A stretch of DNA of 64,000 bases from Deltaproteobacteria bacterium. Lineage in GTDB: Bacteria > Myxococcota > Kuafuiibacteriia > Kuafuiibacteriales > Kuafuiibacteriaceae. The notes under the pieces were generated by a model. That model was not told where the DNA came from, did not search any database, and was given only the letters and a program-made list of their open reading frames with translations. Every line of letters begins with the position of its first letter. The first letter of the stretch is position 1. Position numbers and translations under genes: made by a program. Below are positions 40,535 to 51,637 of this stretch, piece after piece. The stretch lies in contig JAVJQW010000070.1 of NCBI GenBank assembly GCA_040218735.1, forward strand, positions 352,001-416,000, given 5' to 3'.

Positions 40535-41719
40535 ATGGCGAAGACGATCCTCGTTGCGGACGACAGCAAGACGATCCAGAAGGCCGTCGAACTGACTTTC
40601 GGATCCACCGAATATCAGGTCGTGGCGGTCGGTGACGGCCAGTCCGCGCTGGCCCGAATCCAAGAGCAGCGGCCCGACGCGGTCCTCGCGGACGTCGCGA
40701 TGCCGGGGCTCGACGGGTACGACCTCTGCGCGCAGATCAAGAGCAACGCCGCGACGAGCGGCATCCCGGTGCTGCTGCTCGCGAGCGCGTTCGATCCCTT
40801 CGACGACGGGCGCGCCGCCGCCGCGAACGCGGACGGCCACATCAAGAAGCCCTTCGACACGCAGTCGCTCCTCGCGCTCGTGGCCGACGCGACCGGAGGC
40901 GAGGCCCCGCAGGCCAACGCGCCGCTGTCGTTCGCCGCGGCGTTGAAGAAGCGGCAGGAGCAGGAGCAAGCGGCGCAGGCCCCGGCCCCCGAGCCGCCCG
41001 CGCCCGTTTTCGAGCCGCCGGCGCCGGCGTTTCAGGCGCCCGAGCCCACGTTCCAGCCCCCGGAGCCTGCGTATCAGCCTCCGACGCCCGTGTTCGAGCC
41101 GCCGGCGATGGCGCCGTCGCTCGAGCCGCGCCCGCCCGCGCCCGCGGCGGATCTCGCGGCGCCGACGCCCGCTTCGGATCTCGAGGCGCCCGCGCCGGCG
41201 ACGATACCGATCGACCCGCCCTCGATGGGCGCGGTCTCGGACGACATCATCATCGACGAGCCGGACGAGGTCCTCGAGGAGATCGAGGTCATCGAGAGCG
41301 GCGACATGATCCCGACGGGGCCGACGCTCGAGCCCCCGACGCCGCCTTCGGAGATGAGCGAGCCCCGTCCGAACGTGGACATGTGGGCGCTCACCGACGA
41401 CGCAAACGCGGACCCCGTCGAGGAGATCGCAATCGACGAGCCCGAGGACGACATCCTCGGCGCCAACACGCCGGACCCGATGCACGTGGCCTCGGTCGTC
41501 GCGGACGCCGCCGCGCATGCCGCCGCCGAGGCGATGGCCGACGCCGCCGCGGAGCCGGTCGCAGCCGCCGCGCAGGTGGCCGTGCCGGGCCTGCCGCGCG
41601 AGGAGCTGCTGCAGATCGCCCGCGAGGTGATCGAGCAGGTCGCGTGGGAGGTCGTGCCGGACCTCGCGGAGACGATCATCCGCGCCGAGCTGGATCGCCT
41701 GGTCCGCGAAGAGATCTAG
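40535..41719 (+). CDS. romR: RomR-like polarity response regulator
   Basis: N-terminal receiver (ADDS..LADVAMP..KPF), Pro/acidic linker, C-terminal REVIEQVAWEVVPDLAETIIRAELDRL matching the conserved RomR C-terminal motif. Confidence 0.82.
   Translation: MAKTILVADDSKTIQKAVELTFGSTEYQVVAVGDGQSALARIQEQRPDAVLADVAMPGLDGYDLCAQIKSNAATSGIPVLLLASAFDPFDDGRAAAANADGHIKKPFDTQSLLALVADATGGEAPQANAPLSFAAALKKRQEQEQAAQAPAPEPPAPVFEPPAPAFQAPEPTFQPPEPAYQPPTPVFEPPAMAPSLEPRPPAPAADLAAPTPASDLEAPAPATIPIDPPSMGAVSDDIIIDEPDEVLEEIEVIESGDMIPTGPTLEPPTPPSEMSEPRPNVDMWALTDDANADPVEEIAIDEPEDDILGANTPDPMHVASVVADAAAHAAAEAMADAAAEPVAAAAQVAVPGLPREELLQIAREVIEQVAWEVVPDLAETIIRAELDRLVREEI
40994..41105 (+). repeat. Degenerate 21-bp coding tandem repeat (P-x-P-x-[FY]-[EQ]-[PA]) in the RomR linker
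   Basis: PAPVFEP PAPAFQA PEPTFQP PEPAYQP PTPVFEP; boundaries approximate. Confidence 0.75.
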
Positions 41720-41783
41720 TTCGGTTTTCGGACTTCGTTCGGTTTTCGGACTTCGTTCGAATTTCGGACTTCGTTCGAACTTC
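41719..41783. repeat. 18-bp tandem repeat, about 3.6 copies
   Basis: GTTCGGTTTTCGGACTTC x2, GTTCGAATTTCGGACTTC, partial GTTCGAACTTC between convergent romR and yraN. Confidence 0.9.
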
Positions 41784-42156
41784 ACTCCACCACGAACGCG
41801 TCCTCGATGATCTCGATCTCGGTCGGGCCCCAGCGCCGATCCACGATCGACACGACGTCGAATCGCACCACTGGTTCGGTGCCGGGTGCGAAGCGCTGCG
41901 CGAGGTAGGCCATGGCGCCGCGGATCAGGTGGCGTTGTTTGGTACGCCCGATCGTCTCCGCAGGGGTGCCGCAGGCGTCGTTTTCGCGGGCCCGGATCTC
42001 GACGATGCACAGGACTTCGCGGTGCCAGGCGATGCGATCGATCTCGGCGCCCGCGCCGCGCCAGTTGCGTTCGACGATGCGGTAGCCGGCGCGGCGCAGC
42101 GCGCGTTCGGCGTCGGCCTCGCGGTCGGCGCCCCAGCGTTGACTTGGACTCGGCAT
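41782..42156 (-). CDS. yraN: YraN (UPF0102) family putative endonuclease
   Basis: GYRIVERNWR..AEIDRIA..IVEIRAR..VRFDVV. Confidence 0.88.
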   Translation of the reverse strand: MPSPSQRWGADREADAERALRRAGYRIVERNWRGAGAEIDRIAWHREVLCIVEIRARENDACGTPAETIGRTKQRHLIRGAMAYLAQRFAPGTEPVVRFDVVSIVDRRWGPTEIEIIEDAFVVE

Positions 42157-42217
42157 GACGCCGAACCACTCAGCAGGTACTGTGCCGACGTTGGGGCTGT
42201 ACGAGCTACTGTGTGAG

Positions 42218-42496
42218 GTGGCGGACGCCGAGACGGTCGGCGCGCCCCGTCCGGAGCGCGCGCTGGAGCAGGTCGTGACGGATCGACTGCGGGCGTACGC
42301 GTCGAAGCTGCAGGGCCACACCCCTCGCGACCTGTACGCGCTGATCATGCCGCAGCTCGAGCGCCCGCTGATTCGCGTCGCGATGGAGCTCGCGGGCGGC
42401 CAGCAGGTCGGCGCGGCGCGGATGCTCGGCATCCACCGCAACACCCTCCGTGTCCGGCTGCGCGCGCTGGGGATCGCGAAGGAGCGCTCGTCGTGA
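42218..42496 (+). CDS. Fis family DNA-binding protein
   Basis: DLYALIMPQLERPLI..GQQVGAARMLGIHRNTLR; GTG 42218 preferred over ATG 42155, which overlaps the yraN start. Confidence 0.82.
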   Translation: MADAETVGAPRPERALEQVVTDRLRAYASKLQGHTPRDLYALIMPQLERPLIRVAMELAGGQQVGAARMLGIHRNTLRVRLRALGIAKERSS

Positions 42497-43201
42497 GGCC
42501 GCGCATCGTGATCACGCTCGACACCGGTGAGGCGCTGCGCCGCGGCGTTCCGTTTCCGACGGTCCATACCAAGGCGGCGTACGTCGCGGCGGTGGAGCGC
42601 GCGGGCGGGCTCCCGATCCTGGTCGCTCCGACCGCGGACGACGAAGTCGCCGACGCGCTCTTCGCGTTGGCGGACGGGCTGGTCGTCACGGGCGGTGACT
42701 TCGACATCCCGCCCGAGCAATTCGGCGCCGCGCCGGCGTCCGGGACGCGGGTGGATCCGCCGAAGCCGTTGCGCACGCGGTTCGAGTGGCGCATGACCGA
42801 AGCGGCGCTGGCGCGCGGCGTCCCGGTGCTGGGGATCTGCGGCGGGATGCAGCTGCTGAACGTGGTGCTCGGCGGGACGCTGCACCTGCACATCCCGGAC
42901 GTGATCGACGGAGCGCTCGAGCACGAGCAACCGACCTCCCCCGCCGCGCCGGCGCACCCCGTGGTGCTCGAGCCCGGCGGGTTGTTGCAGCGCCTCGTGG
43001 GTCGAGCGGAGATCGCGGTGAACACGACGCACCACCAGGCGGTCGCCGAGCTCGGCCGCGGCTTGGTGGTCGAGGGCCGCGCGCCGGACGGCGTGGTGGA
43101 GGCCATCGCGGCGACGGAAGGCTTCGCGCTGGGCGTGCAGTGGCACCCGGAGCTGCTGGGGGATGACGTGAGCGCGGCGGTGTACGGGGCGCTGGTCGCC
43201 C

Positions 43202-43215
<14 letters not shown>
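42493..43215 (+). CDS. Gamma-glutamyl-gamma-aminobutyrate hydrolase family (peptidase C26, PuuD-like)
   Basis: [15 protein letters not shown] (Cys), HHQAV, GVQWHPE. Confidence 0.9.
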
Positions 43216-43806
<591 letters not shown>

Positions 43807-43814
43807 TTCCCTTG

Positions 43815-46217
43815 CTAGGGCTCGGGAGGGAGGAACCCCCGCACCCGAACGCCCTCCTCCCCCACCACCACCGTCACCGCGCCGTCCCGATCCGTCCGCC
43901 ACACCTGCGCCCCCGCGGCGCGCCAGCGCTCGACGACCTCCGCGTGCGGGTGGCCGAAGCGATCCCGGTGGCCCACCGTGAACACCACGTGCGCCGCGCG
44001 CGTCGCCGCGACGAAGGGATCCGTCGACGACGTTCGGCTCCCGTGGTGCGGCGCCTTCACGACGTCGGCCCGCACCGCGCTCCCCGCCAACAACCGCGCT
44101 TCGGCGTCGGCCTCGATGTCGCCGGTCAACAGCACGCGTCGGTCCCCGAGCGCGATCTCCAAGACGATCGAGGCGTCGTTCTCGCTCGCGTAGGTCGTCG
44201 GGTCGTCCGGCGCGAGGACGCGCACCGTCGCCTCACCGAAGGTGAACGTGTCCCCCGCGCCGACCCGGCGTGTCTTCGCCCCCTCCAACCCCTCGATCGG
44301 CTGGCGCGCGTCGCCGTTGATCCACACCTCGCCGACGTCGAGCCGCTCCATCACCGTCGGCAGCGACCCGGCGTGGTCCGCGTCGGCGTGGGAGATCACC
44401 ACGACGTCCGCGCGGCGTTGGCGGCGGTTGAGGAGGAACGGCACCACCACGCGCTCCGCCGCGTCGCGGCCCCAGCCCGGCGGTCCCGTGTCGACCAACA
44501 TCGTCGCGCCGCCCGGGAGCTCGACCCACACCGCGTCGCCGTGGCCGACCGGGAGGAACGTCAGCGTCACGTCGTCGGACGTCCACCGCGCGACGTAGGT
44601 CGATCCGATCGACGCCATCATCATCGCGAGACACAACGACCCCACCGCGATCCACCGCCTGGCGAACGGACGGTTCGTGAACCCGATGACCGCGCCGTAG
44701 AAGAGGATCGCCTCGGGGATGGTCGGCGTCGGCAACACCACCGACGACAGCGGCCACGACGCCGACCACATCGCGAGCCACACCAACACCTCCGCCGCCC
44801 AACCCGCCACCGCGAGCACCGGCGCCGCGAGGACGTCGCTCACACAACCGAGGAGCCCGCCGAGCAACGACAAGGGCACCAACACCAGCGACGACAGCGG
44901 CGCCGCCGGCACGTTGGCCACGAGGCCGGCCAAGGAGAGCCGGTTGAAGTGTCGTGCGACGAGCGGCGCCGTCCCGATCGTCGCCGCGAGGCTCGCGAGG
45001 AAGACTTCGCCCGTCGCCCGCGTGCCGCGCGGCCACGTCGACAGACGTGTGACGTCACGCAGCGCCGGATAGATCCGCAGGAGCGCGACGACCGCGGCGA
45101 AGGACAGCTGGAACGAGACGTCTCCGAGCGTCGTCGGATCCCACGCGACCATCACGATCAGCGCGAAGGCCAACATGCTCCAAGCCTCGGCGACCCGCCC
45201 CACGAGCCGCGCCGACAACAGCGCGAGCACCATCGCGCCCGCGCGCACCGCCGACGGCGAAGCGCCGACCAGCAACGTGTAGAGCACGACGAACGGGATC
45301 GCGATGAGCGCCGACGTCGGCTTCACACCCCACCCCAACGCCACACGACGGACGCGGCGCAGGATCCACGCGACGCCGATGACGAAGAGCCCGGAGACGA
45401 TCGCGAGGTTCAGGCCGCTCACCGCGAGGAGGTGCGAGAGGCCGGACCGAACGAAGGCGTCGTTCGTGTCCGGCGGGATGCCGGAGGTGTCACCGGTGGC
45501 AAACGCACGAACCACCGCGGCCGACTCGGCGGGGAGCGCGCGACCGACGGCGTCGTGGAGCGCGGCGCGGAGGCGCTCCATCGTCGTCACCAACCCGCCG
45601 CGCTCCGCCGGGGCGAGCACGAGACAATGCGACGGCGCTTTGGCGTTCGCGTACGCGGTGATGCCGCGGCGGGCCGCGAGCGCTCGACGGGGGACCCCGC
45701 CGGGGAAGTCGTTCGCGCGGACGGGCGCGACCTTCGCGAACACGCGGATGCGATCGCCCGGTGCTCCGCAGGCCGCGTCGGCGCCGTCGATCGACACGCC
45801 GAGCCGCCCCTCGACCGGCGACAACGGGACGCCGATGGCGGTCGCCGTGCCCACCAGGTCGACGTTCATCTGCACGCGGTCGGGCCGGAGCTGCGGGGCC
45901 TCGCGGACCAGCCCCTCCAGGAGGACGGGGGCGGTGTGCTCCGGGCCGACGACCGTGGAGAGGGATTCTTGGGGCGGGAGGCGGAGCTGGCCGGTGACGA
46001 TCCCCGCGAAGAAGAACGCGAGGGGCACGAACGCGACGGCGAGGACCCGACGGTAGTGCGCGAGCGCCAGCGTGAGGGCGACGAACAGCGCAGTCGCGAT
46101 GAGGTTGTCGACGAGTTTGTGGCCGTCGACGAGGGCACCGAGCGCGTAGGCGGTCGCGGCGAGCACGAGAGGCCGGCCGCGGCCGCGGGGGCTGCTCGTC
46201 GGGGTCACGGCGCGCAC
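43815..46217 (-). CDS. comEC: DNA internalization competence protein ComEC/Rec2
   Basis: [23 protein letters not shown] competence domain; MBL domain [26 protein letters not shown]. Confidence 0.93.
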   Translation of the reverse strand: MRAVTPTSSPRGRGRPLVLAATAYALGALVDGHKLVDNLIATALFVALTLALAHYRRVLAVAFVPLAFFFAGIVTGQLRLPPQESLSTVVGPEHTAPVLLEGLVREAPQLRPDRVQMNVDLVGTATAIGVPLSPVEGRLGVSIDGADAACGAPGDRIRVFAKVAPVRANDFPGGVPRRALAARRGITAYANAKAPSHCLVLAPAERGGLVTTMERLRAALHDAVGRALPAESAAVVRAFATGDTSGIPPDTNDAFVRSGLSHLLAVSGLNLAIVSGLFVIGVAWILRRVRRVALGWGVKPTSALIAIPFVVLYTLLVGASPSAVRAGAMVLALLSARLVGRVAEAWSMLAFALIVMVAWDPTTLGDVSFQLSFAAVVALLRIYPALRDVTRLSTWPRGTRATGEVFLASLAATIGTAPLVARHFNRLSLAGLVANVPAAPLSSLVLVPLSLLGGLLGCVSDVLAAPVLAVAGWAAEVLVWLAMWSASWPLSSVVLPTPTIPEAILFYGAVIGFTNRPFARRWIAVGSLCLAMMMASIGSTYVARWTSDDVTLTFLPVGHGDAVWVELPGGATMLVDTGPPGWGRDAAERVVVPFLLNRRQRRADVVVISHADADHAGSLPTVMERLDVGEVWINGDARQPIEGLEGAKTRRVGAGDTFTFGEATVRVLAPDDPTTYASENDASIVLEIALGDRRVLLTGDIEADAEARLLAGSAVRADVVKAPHHGSRTSSTDPFVAATRAAHVVFTVGHRDRFGHPHAEVVERWRAAGAQVWRTDRDGAVTVVVGEEGVRVRGFLPPEP

Positions 46218-46318
46218 GCTGACAGCGATGTGCGGCGGGCGTCACGGGTGGAGGCGCGAAATCCGCCCGAAAATCGTTCCGTTGACCGGGTGAGTGCACC
46301 TTGCTAGCCGATGCGATC

Positions 46319-47524
46319 ATGAGACTCGGACGTATCGGTTCCGTGGCCCTCGTGGCCCTCCTCGCCGGCTGCCCGGCCAACGACAACAAGCCCGAGCCGG
46401 CGGCCGGCGCGAGCGCGACGGCCAACGAGGGTGCCGCGTCGAAGAACACGACGAAGGCGCCGCCGAAGCCGAACACCACGATCCCCGAGATCGTGCTCCC
46501 GCCCGGTGACGGACCGGCGGCGATCGTCGGTGGCGTCGAGGTCCCGCGCGCGGTCTTCAACCGCGAGTACAAGCAGACGCTCGAGCGCTACTACCGTGCG
46601 CGTCACGACGTGAAGCCGCCGCTGATGGAGCGCCTGAAGGACAACATCGTCCGGCGCCTCATCGACGCGGAGCTCATTCGCCAGCAGGCGAAGGCGCTCG
46701 GCGTGAAGGTCGACGAGACGGAGTTCGCGGAGAAGTGGAAGAAACACAAGGAGCGCTACGGGAGCGAAGAAGGCTTCAAGGCGTTCCTCGAGCGCGCGGG
46801 CACGACGTCGGAGGATGTCGAGCGGCAGTTCCACGACAACCTCCTTCGCGAGCAGGTCTTCCAGAAGGTCTCCGAGGGCGTGAAGGTCGACGCGAAGGAC
46901 GTCAAGGCGTTCTACGAGAAGAACGAGAAGCGCTACCAGGAGCCCGAGAAGGTCAAGGCGAGCCACGTCCTGATCAAGGTCCCGCCGAACGCGTCGGAGG
47001 ACGAGGTCGCGAAGGCGAAGGCGCGCATCGAAGAGGCGAAGAAGAAGCTCCAGGGCGGCACCGCGTTCGAGCAGGTCGCGAAGGAGTACAGCATGGACAA
47101 CACGAAGGACCGCGGCGGCGACCTCGGGTTCTTCATCAAGGGCCGCATGGTGAAGCCGTTCGAAGAGGCGGCGTGGAAGGCCAAGGTCGGCAAGGTGGTC
47201 GGGCCGGTGAAGACGCAGTTCGGCTGGCACCTCATCAAGAAGACCGACCACGTGAAGGCGCGGAAGCGCCCCTTCTCCGAGGTGAAGGATCAGATCGCAC
47301 GCTCGCTCGAGGCACGTCAGCGCAACCAGACGATCCGCGAGTCGCTGGAGACGTGGCGCAAGGAGACGAAGATCGACGTCCTCATCAAGGGCGACCCGAA
47401 GATCATCAGCAGCGCCGCCCCGCCGAAGTTCAACAAGAGCGTGAAGAACATCCAGCCCAAGAAGCTCGACCTGAAGGGCATGCAGCGCCGCGGACCGGAC
47501 ACCTCGGACCAGCCCGCCCAGTAA
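46319..47524 (+). CDS. Parvulin-type peptidyl-prolyl isomerase lipoprotein (PrsA/SurA-like foldase)
   Basis: LAGC lipobox; ASHVLI, GGDLGFF, MVKPFE, KTQFGWHLI. Confidence 0.92.
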   Translation: MRLGRIGSVALVALLAGCPANDNKPEPAAGASATANEGAASKNTTKAPPKPNTTIPEIVLPPGDGPAAIVGGVEVPRAVFNREYKQTLERYYRARHDVKPPLMERLKDNIVRRLIDAELIRQQAKALGVKVDETEFAEKWKKHKERYGSEEGFKAFLERAGTTSEDVERQFHDNLLREQVFQKVSEGVKVDAKDVKAFYEKNEKRYQEPEKVKASHVLIKVPPNASEDEVAKAKARIEEAKKKLQGGTAFEQVAKEYSMDNTKDRGGDLGFFIKGRMVKPFEEAAWKAKVGKVVGPVKTQFGWHLIKKTDHVKARKRPFSEVKDQIARSLEARQRNQTIRESLETWRKETKIDVLIKGDPKIISSAAPPKFNKSVKNIQPKKLDLKGMQRRGPDTSDQPAQ

Positions 47525-47675
47525 GTCGAACCTGATCTCAGGGTCGGATCTGGAATACGGGTCTACAGAAATTGATCCGAAAACAAACTTCGCTGCACGA
47601 CATCACCCGGACTCAGCCGTAGGATGCGCGGGTTCGCCCCGCCAGCCTCGCGGGGTGTTGGGGAGGGTCGGTGTC

Positions 47676-50600
47676 GTGCGGCGTGTATCCATCTTCTGTC
47701 TTCTCGTTTCGATCGTCTCGGTCGGCGCGTGCAGCCCGGACGGGCCGAGCGTCACCGTCGCGTTCGATTGGTCGGACGGCGCGCCCACGGGGTCGCAGCT
47801 GTTCGCGCGAGCGCGCGTCGAGACCACGGACGGCCGAACCCTGTCCGAGTCCCCGGTCGTTGCGTACGCGCCCGGCGTAGCGCTGCAGCTCCCTTCGATC
47901 CCGATCGGCGCGGAGCGTGTCATTCGCGCCGAGCTCGTCGCCGAGCCGAACCTCGCGGCGCGCGCGCTCTACTACGGCGTGTCGGAACCCTTCGAGCTCA
48001 CGGCCGACGCCGACGTCACCGCGAGCGTGCGCGTAGCGATGCACGGCGCCCCGACCATCGACTGTAGCTCGGGCTTCGGAGGGCTCTTGGTGCGAGGCGC
48101 TCAGCGCAACGTCGTCGGTCGTGAGGACATCGAGCTGTTGGTCCCAGCGCGGGATGCGGTGAGCGTTCGGCGCTCGGAGGGCGCCGCGCCGACGACGTCG
48201 ACGGAGGCCATCCCGATCGCCGACCGCGTCGTGACTTCGACCGCGAGCCCGACGTTCACGACCTACGCGGTCCCGTGGACGCTCACCTCGTGCGCGCGGG
48301 CCGAAGTCTGTCAGCGCACCGTGTTCGTGGAGGCGGTCGACGCCGAGGGCTACGCGTCCGCGGTGTGTCGCGCGCAGGTCGAGCTCGATCAGCTCGGCCC
48401 GACGATCGTCGACGAGACGTTCTCGATGACGATCACGCCGCCGCCCGACAGCCTGTTGCGCGAAGTGGACGACGCGAAGCTCGGCGCGCTCGTGCGGGTG
48501 AGCGTCGGCCTGTCCGAACCGCTCGAGGACACCGCTCCGAGTCTGGACGCGGTGTCCGCCTCGGCCGTCATCCCGTTCACGTTCGTGCAACGCCAAGGCA
48601 CGCTGGTCGTCTTCGAGCTCCTCGTCGACACGACGCACGCGAGCGACACGTACGACCTCGAGCTCATGTCGAGCGACCTCTTCGGCAACATCGCGTCCCA
48701 CGTGCTCGAGAGCCCGCTGACGATCGACAAGGAGGCCCCGCCGCCGGTCATCAACACGCCCGGGGCGTCGATGCAGCTGCACGTCACGCCGCGCGGGAGC
48801 ACCGCGACCAACAGCGTCCCGCGGCTGACGATCACGGCCTCGCCCGGGTCGTTCCTCGATACGCAGGCGATCGCGGTTCGCGCGCCGGGGACGAACCAGC
48901 TCTTGGGGATCCCGTTCGTGGACGAGACCCGAGGGCTGCCCGAAACAGAGCTGGTCCCGCTGGATGTCGCGACGGTCGAGGTCCTCTCGATCGACGCCGC
49001 CGGCAACGTCGGCGATCCGCGGATCGTGCGCGACGTGCTGCGAACGGTGCGTGTCGCCGACGACACCGAAGTCGACGTTCGGTACGCCCCGCAGACCCGA
49101 ACGTCGGCGTGGCAGCAGCTCGATCGGCTCGGCATACCGATCACGGCGACGCAACGCGAAGGGCTACGCGCCATGGACGGCTCGACGATCGAGAGCGTCG
49201 CGCAACCGCGCTGGCGAGAGACGCGTCGCTCGAAGCTGAGCCCGCTGGATCGCTCGCACCTCGACATGGTCTACGACCCGATTCGCGGACGCACCGTGAT
49301 GTTCGGAGGCAACGGTGGGCTCGCCAACACCTACCGAGGTCCGACCTGGGAGTGGGTGCGCGACGAGTGGCGCGACGTCTCGCCCCCGACCGAAGCCCCG
49401 ACGCGCTGGGGCCACGCGATGGTGTTCGACCGCAAGCGCGGGCGGACCATGATGTTCGGCGGCATCGACAACCTGGATATCCGCGGCGACGTCTGGGAGT
49501 GGGACGGCGCGGACTGGATCGAAAACGCGCAGGCCGGAGAGATGAACGTGCTCCGCCGGTACCACTCCGGCATCGCCTACGACTCCACGTTGGGTCGAGT
49601 GATGGTCTGCGGCGGCTGGCTCCCCGTCGGGACGCAACCGCTCATCTACGATGATTGCTGGTACTGGGACGGCTACGCGTGGACGCCAGGCCCAACGCTC
49701 CCCGACCAACGGTGGCTCCACGACATGGCCTACGATCCGGTGCACGCAAGGTTCGTCATCTTCGGCGGCCGAGACGAGAGCTATGCGTTCCTGCGGGACG
49801 TTCTCTACAACGACGGCGTCGGCTGGACGGTGGCGGCAACCGAGCAGCCGACCATGTTCGTCCCGCGATTCGTTTGGGAACCCGTCAGCAGCGCGCTGTA
49901 CGCCTACGGTTTCGAGCTCATGCCGTCGGGCAACCCGCACCCGAACCCGCAAGACCTCTGGCGATGGGACGACACCCAGGCGCAGCTGGAACCGGTCACC
50001 TCCAGCCCGGGACGACCGCCGCTGCGGATCGATCAGGCCGTCGCCGTCGACGAGGAGGACGGTACGATTCTGCTGTTCGGAGGCTCCACCGACTATCCCG
50101 ACTACGAAGGGTATCTGGACACGTGGGCCTTGAAGGACGGCACCTGGTACGACGCGACACCGCGTCTGACGGGGCCGTCGACCCGCTCCGGGCACGCACT
50201 GGTCTACGACTCCGTTCGTCAGGTCACCCTGCTCTTCGGCGGGTTCGAACGACCGGGCGTCCTTCGCGCCGACCTCTGGGCCTGGGACGGCTTCTCGTGG
50301 CGGTGCCTCAAGGCCGACGCGCTCAGCCCAGTCTCCGACGCGTGCGCGGACGGAGCGGGCGGAAACGCTCCGACGCCGCGGATGGCCGTCGCCGCAGCGT
50401 TCCACGCGAACACGGGGTCGATGGTCGTGCACGGCGGCTGCGAAGTCGGCAACAACCGCGGAGAGTGCGTGGCCAACGCGGCTCGCCTCGATGAGACCTG
50501 GGTGTGGGACGGAACGGCCTGGAGCCAGCTTCCGGGTCCGCCTCCACGATCCGACGCCGCCATGACGGCGATGGGCCCCGGACAGCTCCTCCTCGTGGGC

Positions 50601-51560
50601 GGTTGCGACGCCACGACCTCGCCCGACTTCTTCGCGCGCTGCATCTCGCTCGGCGACGCGTGGCTCTTCGAAGGCGCGAGCTGGCGGCCCGTCGCGCAGT
50701 CCAGCACCACGAGCCACGCACGCCCGTCGCTCACCTACGTGGACGGTGTCGGCGCCGTGCTGTTCGGGGGCTGTGACGCGGTCTCGAACCTTCAGGGCGG
50801 CGCTAACCCACGCGCCTGCCCGACGGGGACGTTCGTCCTGCCGAACGCCGACGCGCCCGCGTGGATCGAAGTATCCACGTCGACCGCGCCAGCCGTGCGA
50901 TCCGGTGCCGCCTTCGTTTACGACGCGCGACGTCAGCACGCCGTCTTGTTCGGCGGCGAGGATCCTGCGAACGGCCGCTTCCGCGACACGTGGTTCTTCG
51001 ACGGCAACGACTGGTCACGCCGCGTCACGCGCGCCAGCCCAACGCCCCCCGGCAACAACGGCCGTCGCGCGGTCTACGACCGTGCGCGCGAACGCGTCGT
51101 GCTCTACGGCGACGGCGATCCGTTCGGCCTCAACTCGGGGGTCTGGGAGTACGCGTACGATCGCGAGGAGCGCCCGGCCTGGGTCATGACGTTGAGGTGG
51201 AACCAGCTGTTCGCCTCACTGTTGGATGTCCAGTCGGTGCAGATCGCGGCGGTCGCCGGCGGGAGCGGCGTCTCCGACGCGATGGTCCCCCAGGTGGGCG
51301 CTCAACTCGAAGCCTGGGACGCCGTCCGAGGCGCCTGGGAGCTCATCGAACAGCACGACCAACCCCGCCTCGACACCCTCCAGCTCGACGCCGCCGATCC
51401 CACCGCCGCGAACCGCTGGTTCGTGGAGCGCGACGCGCAGCTCTACCTCCGCGTCACGCCGCGCGGCTACGACCTCGGCCCGACGCCCGCGCAGGTGTCG
51501 CTCGACTACGTCGAAGCGACGGTGCGGTACACCCTCCCGGAAGCCCCTTTGGTGCCCTGA
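47676..51560 (+). CDS. Large Kelch/galactose-oxidase-type beta-propeller lipoprotein, paralog 1
   Basis: GGAGG RBS, SVGAC lipobox, beta-rich N-terminal domains, about 12 repeats of R..HA(M/L)xYD..LFGG..DTWxWDG..W. Confidence 0.85.
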   Translation: MRRVSIFCLLVSIVSVGACSPDGPSVTVAFDWSDGAPTGSQLFARARVETTDGRTLSESPVVAYAPGVALQLPSIPIGAERVIRAELVAEPNLAARALYYGVSEPFELTADADVTASVRVAMHGAPTIDCSSGFGGLLVRGAQRNVVGREDIELLVPARDAVSVRRSEGAAPTTSTEAIPIADRVVTSTASPTFTTYAVPWTLTSCARAEVCQRTVFVEAVDAEGYASAVCRAQVELDQLGPTIVDETFSMTITPPPDSLLREVDDAKLGALVRVSVGLSEPLEDTAPSLDAVSASAVIPFTFVQRQGTLVVFELLVDTTHASDTYDLELMSSDLFGNIASHVLESPLTIDKEAPPPVINTPGASMQLHVTPRGSTATNSVPRLTITASPGSFLDTQAIAVRAPGTNQLLGIPFVDETRGLPETELVPLDVATVEVLSIDAAGNVGDPRIVRDVLRTVRVADDTEVDVRYAPQTRTSAWQQLDRLGIPITATQREGLRAMDGSTIESVAQPRWRETRRSKLSPLDRSHLDMVYDPIRGRTVMFGGNGGLANTYRGPTWEWVRDEWRDVSPPTEAPTRWGHAMVFDRKRGRTMMFGGIDNLDIRGDVWEWDGADWIENAQAGEMNVLRRYHSGIAYDSTLGRVMVCGGWLPVGTQPLIYDDCWYWDGYAWTPGPTLPDQRWLHDMAYDPVHARFVIFGGRDESYAFLRDVLYNDGVGWTVAATEQPTMFVPRFVWEPVSSALYAYGFELMPSGNPHPNPQDLWRWDDTQAQLEPVTSSPGRPPLRIDQAVAVDEEDGTILLFGGSTDYPDYEGYLDTWALKDGTWYDATPRLTGPSTRSGHALVYDSVRQVTLLFGGFERPGVLRADLWAWDGFSWRCLKADALSPVSDACADGAGGNAPTPRMAVAAAFHANTGSMVVHGGCEVGNNRGECVANAARLDETWVWDGTAWSQLPGPPPRSDAAMTAMGPGQLLLVGGCDATTSPDFFARCISLGDAWLFEGASWRPVAQSSTTSHARPSLTYVDGVGAVLFGGCDAVSNLQGGANPRACPTGTFVLPNADAPAWIEVSTSTAPAVRSGAAFVYDARRQHAVLFGGEDPANGRFRDTWFFDGNDWSRRVTRASPTPPGNNGRRAVYDRARERVVLYGDGDPFGLNSGVWEYAYDREERPAWVMTLRWNQLFASLLDVQSVQIAAVAGGSGVSDAMVPQVGAQLEAWDAVRGAWELIEQHDQPRLDTLQLDAADPTAANRWFVERDAQLYLRVTPRGYDLGPTPAQVSLDYVEATVRYTLPEAPLVP
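51306..51538 (+). repeat. 233-bp near-identical direct repeat, copy 1 (3' end of paralog 1)
   Basis: Matches 55307-55539 with 4 mismatches by manual comparison. Confidence 0.88.
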
Positions 51561-51637
51561 TGATGATCGATTCGCGTCCGTCACGTCACGTGTTCCGCAG
51601 TGTTCGTCTCGCCACGGACGAGCGGGAGGTCAGCTCG

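Noticed and set aside
41719-41783. Mini CRISPR array
   Set aside because: Pure tandem repeat without spacers.
50861-51637. N-terminal extension of the second Kelch ORF (1562 aa as called)
   Set aside because: It overlaps paralog 1 out of frame; RBS, lipobox and paralog alignment place the start at 51638.
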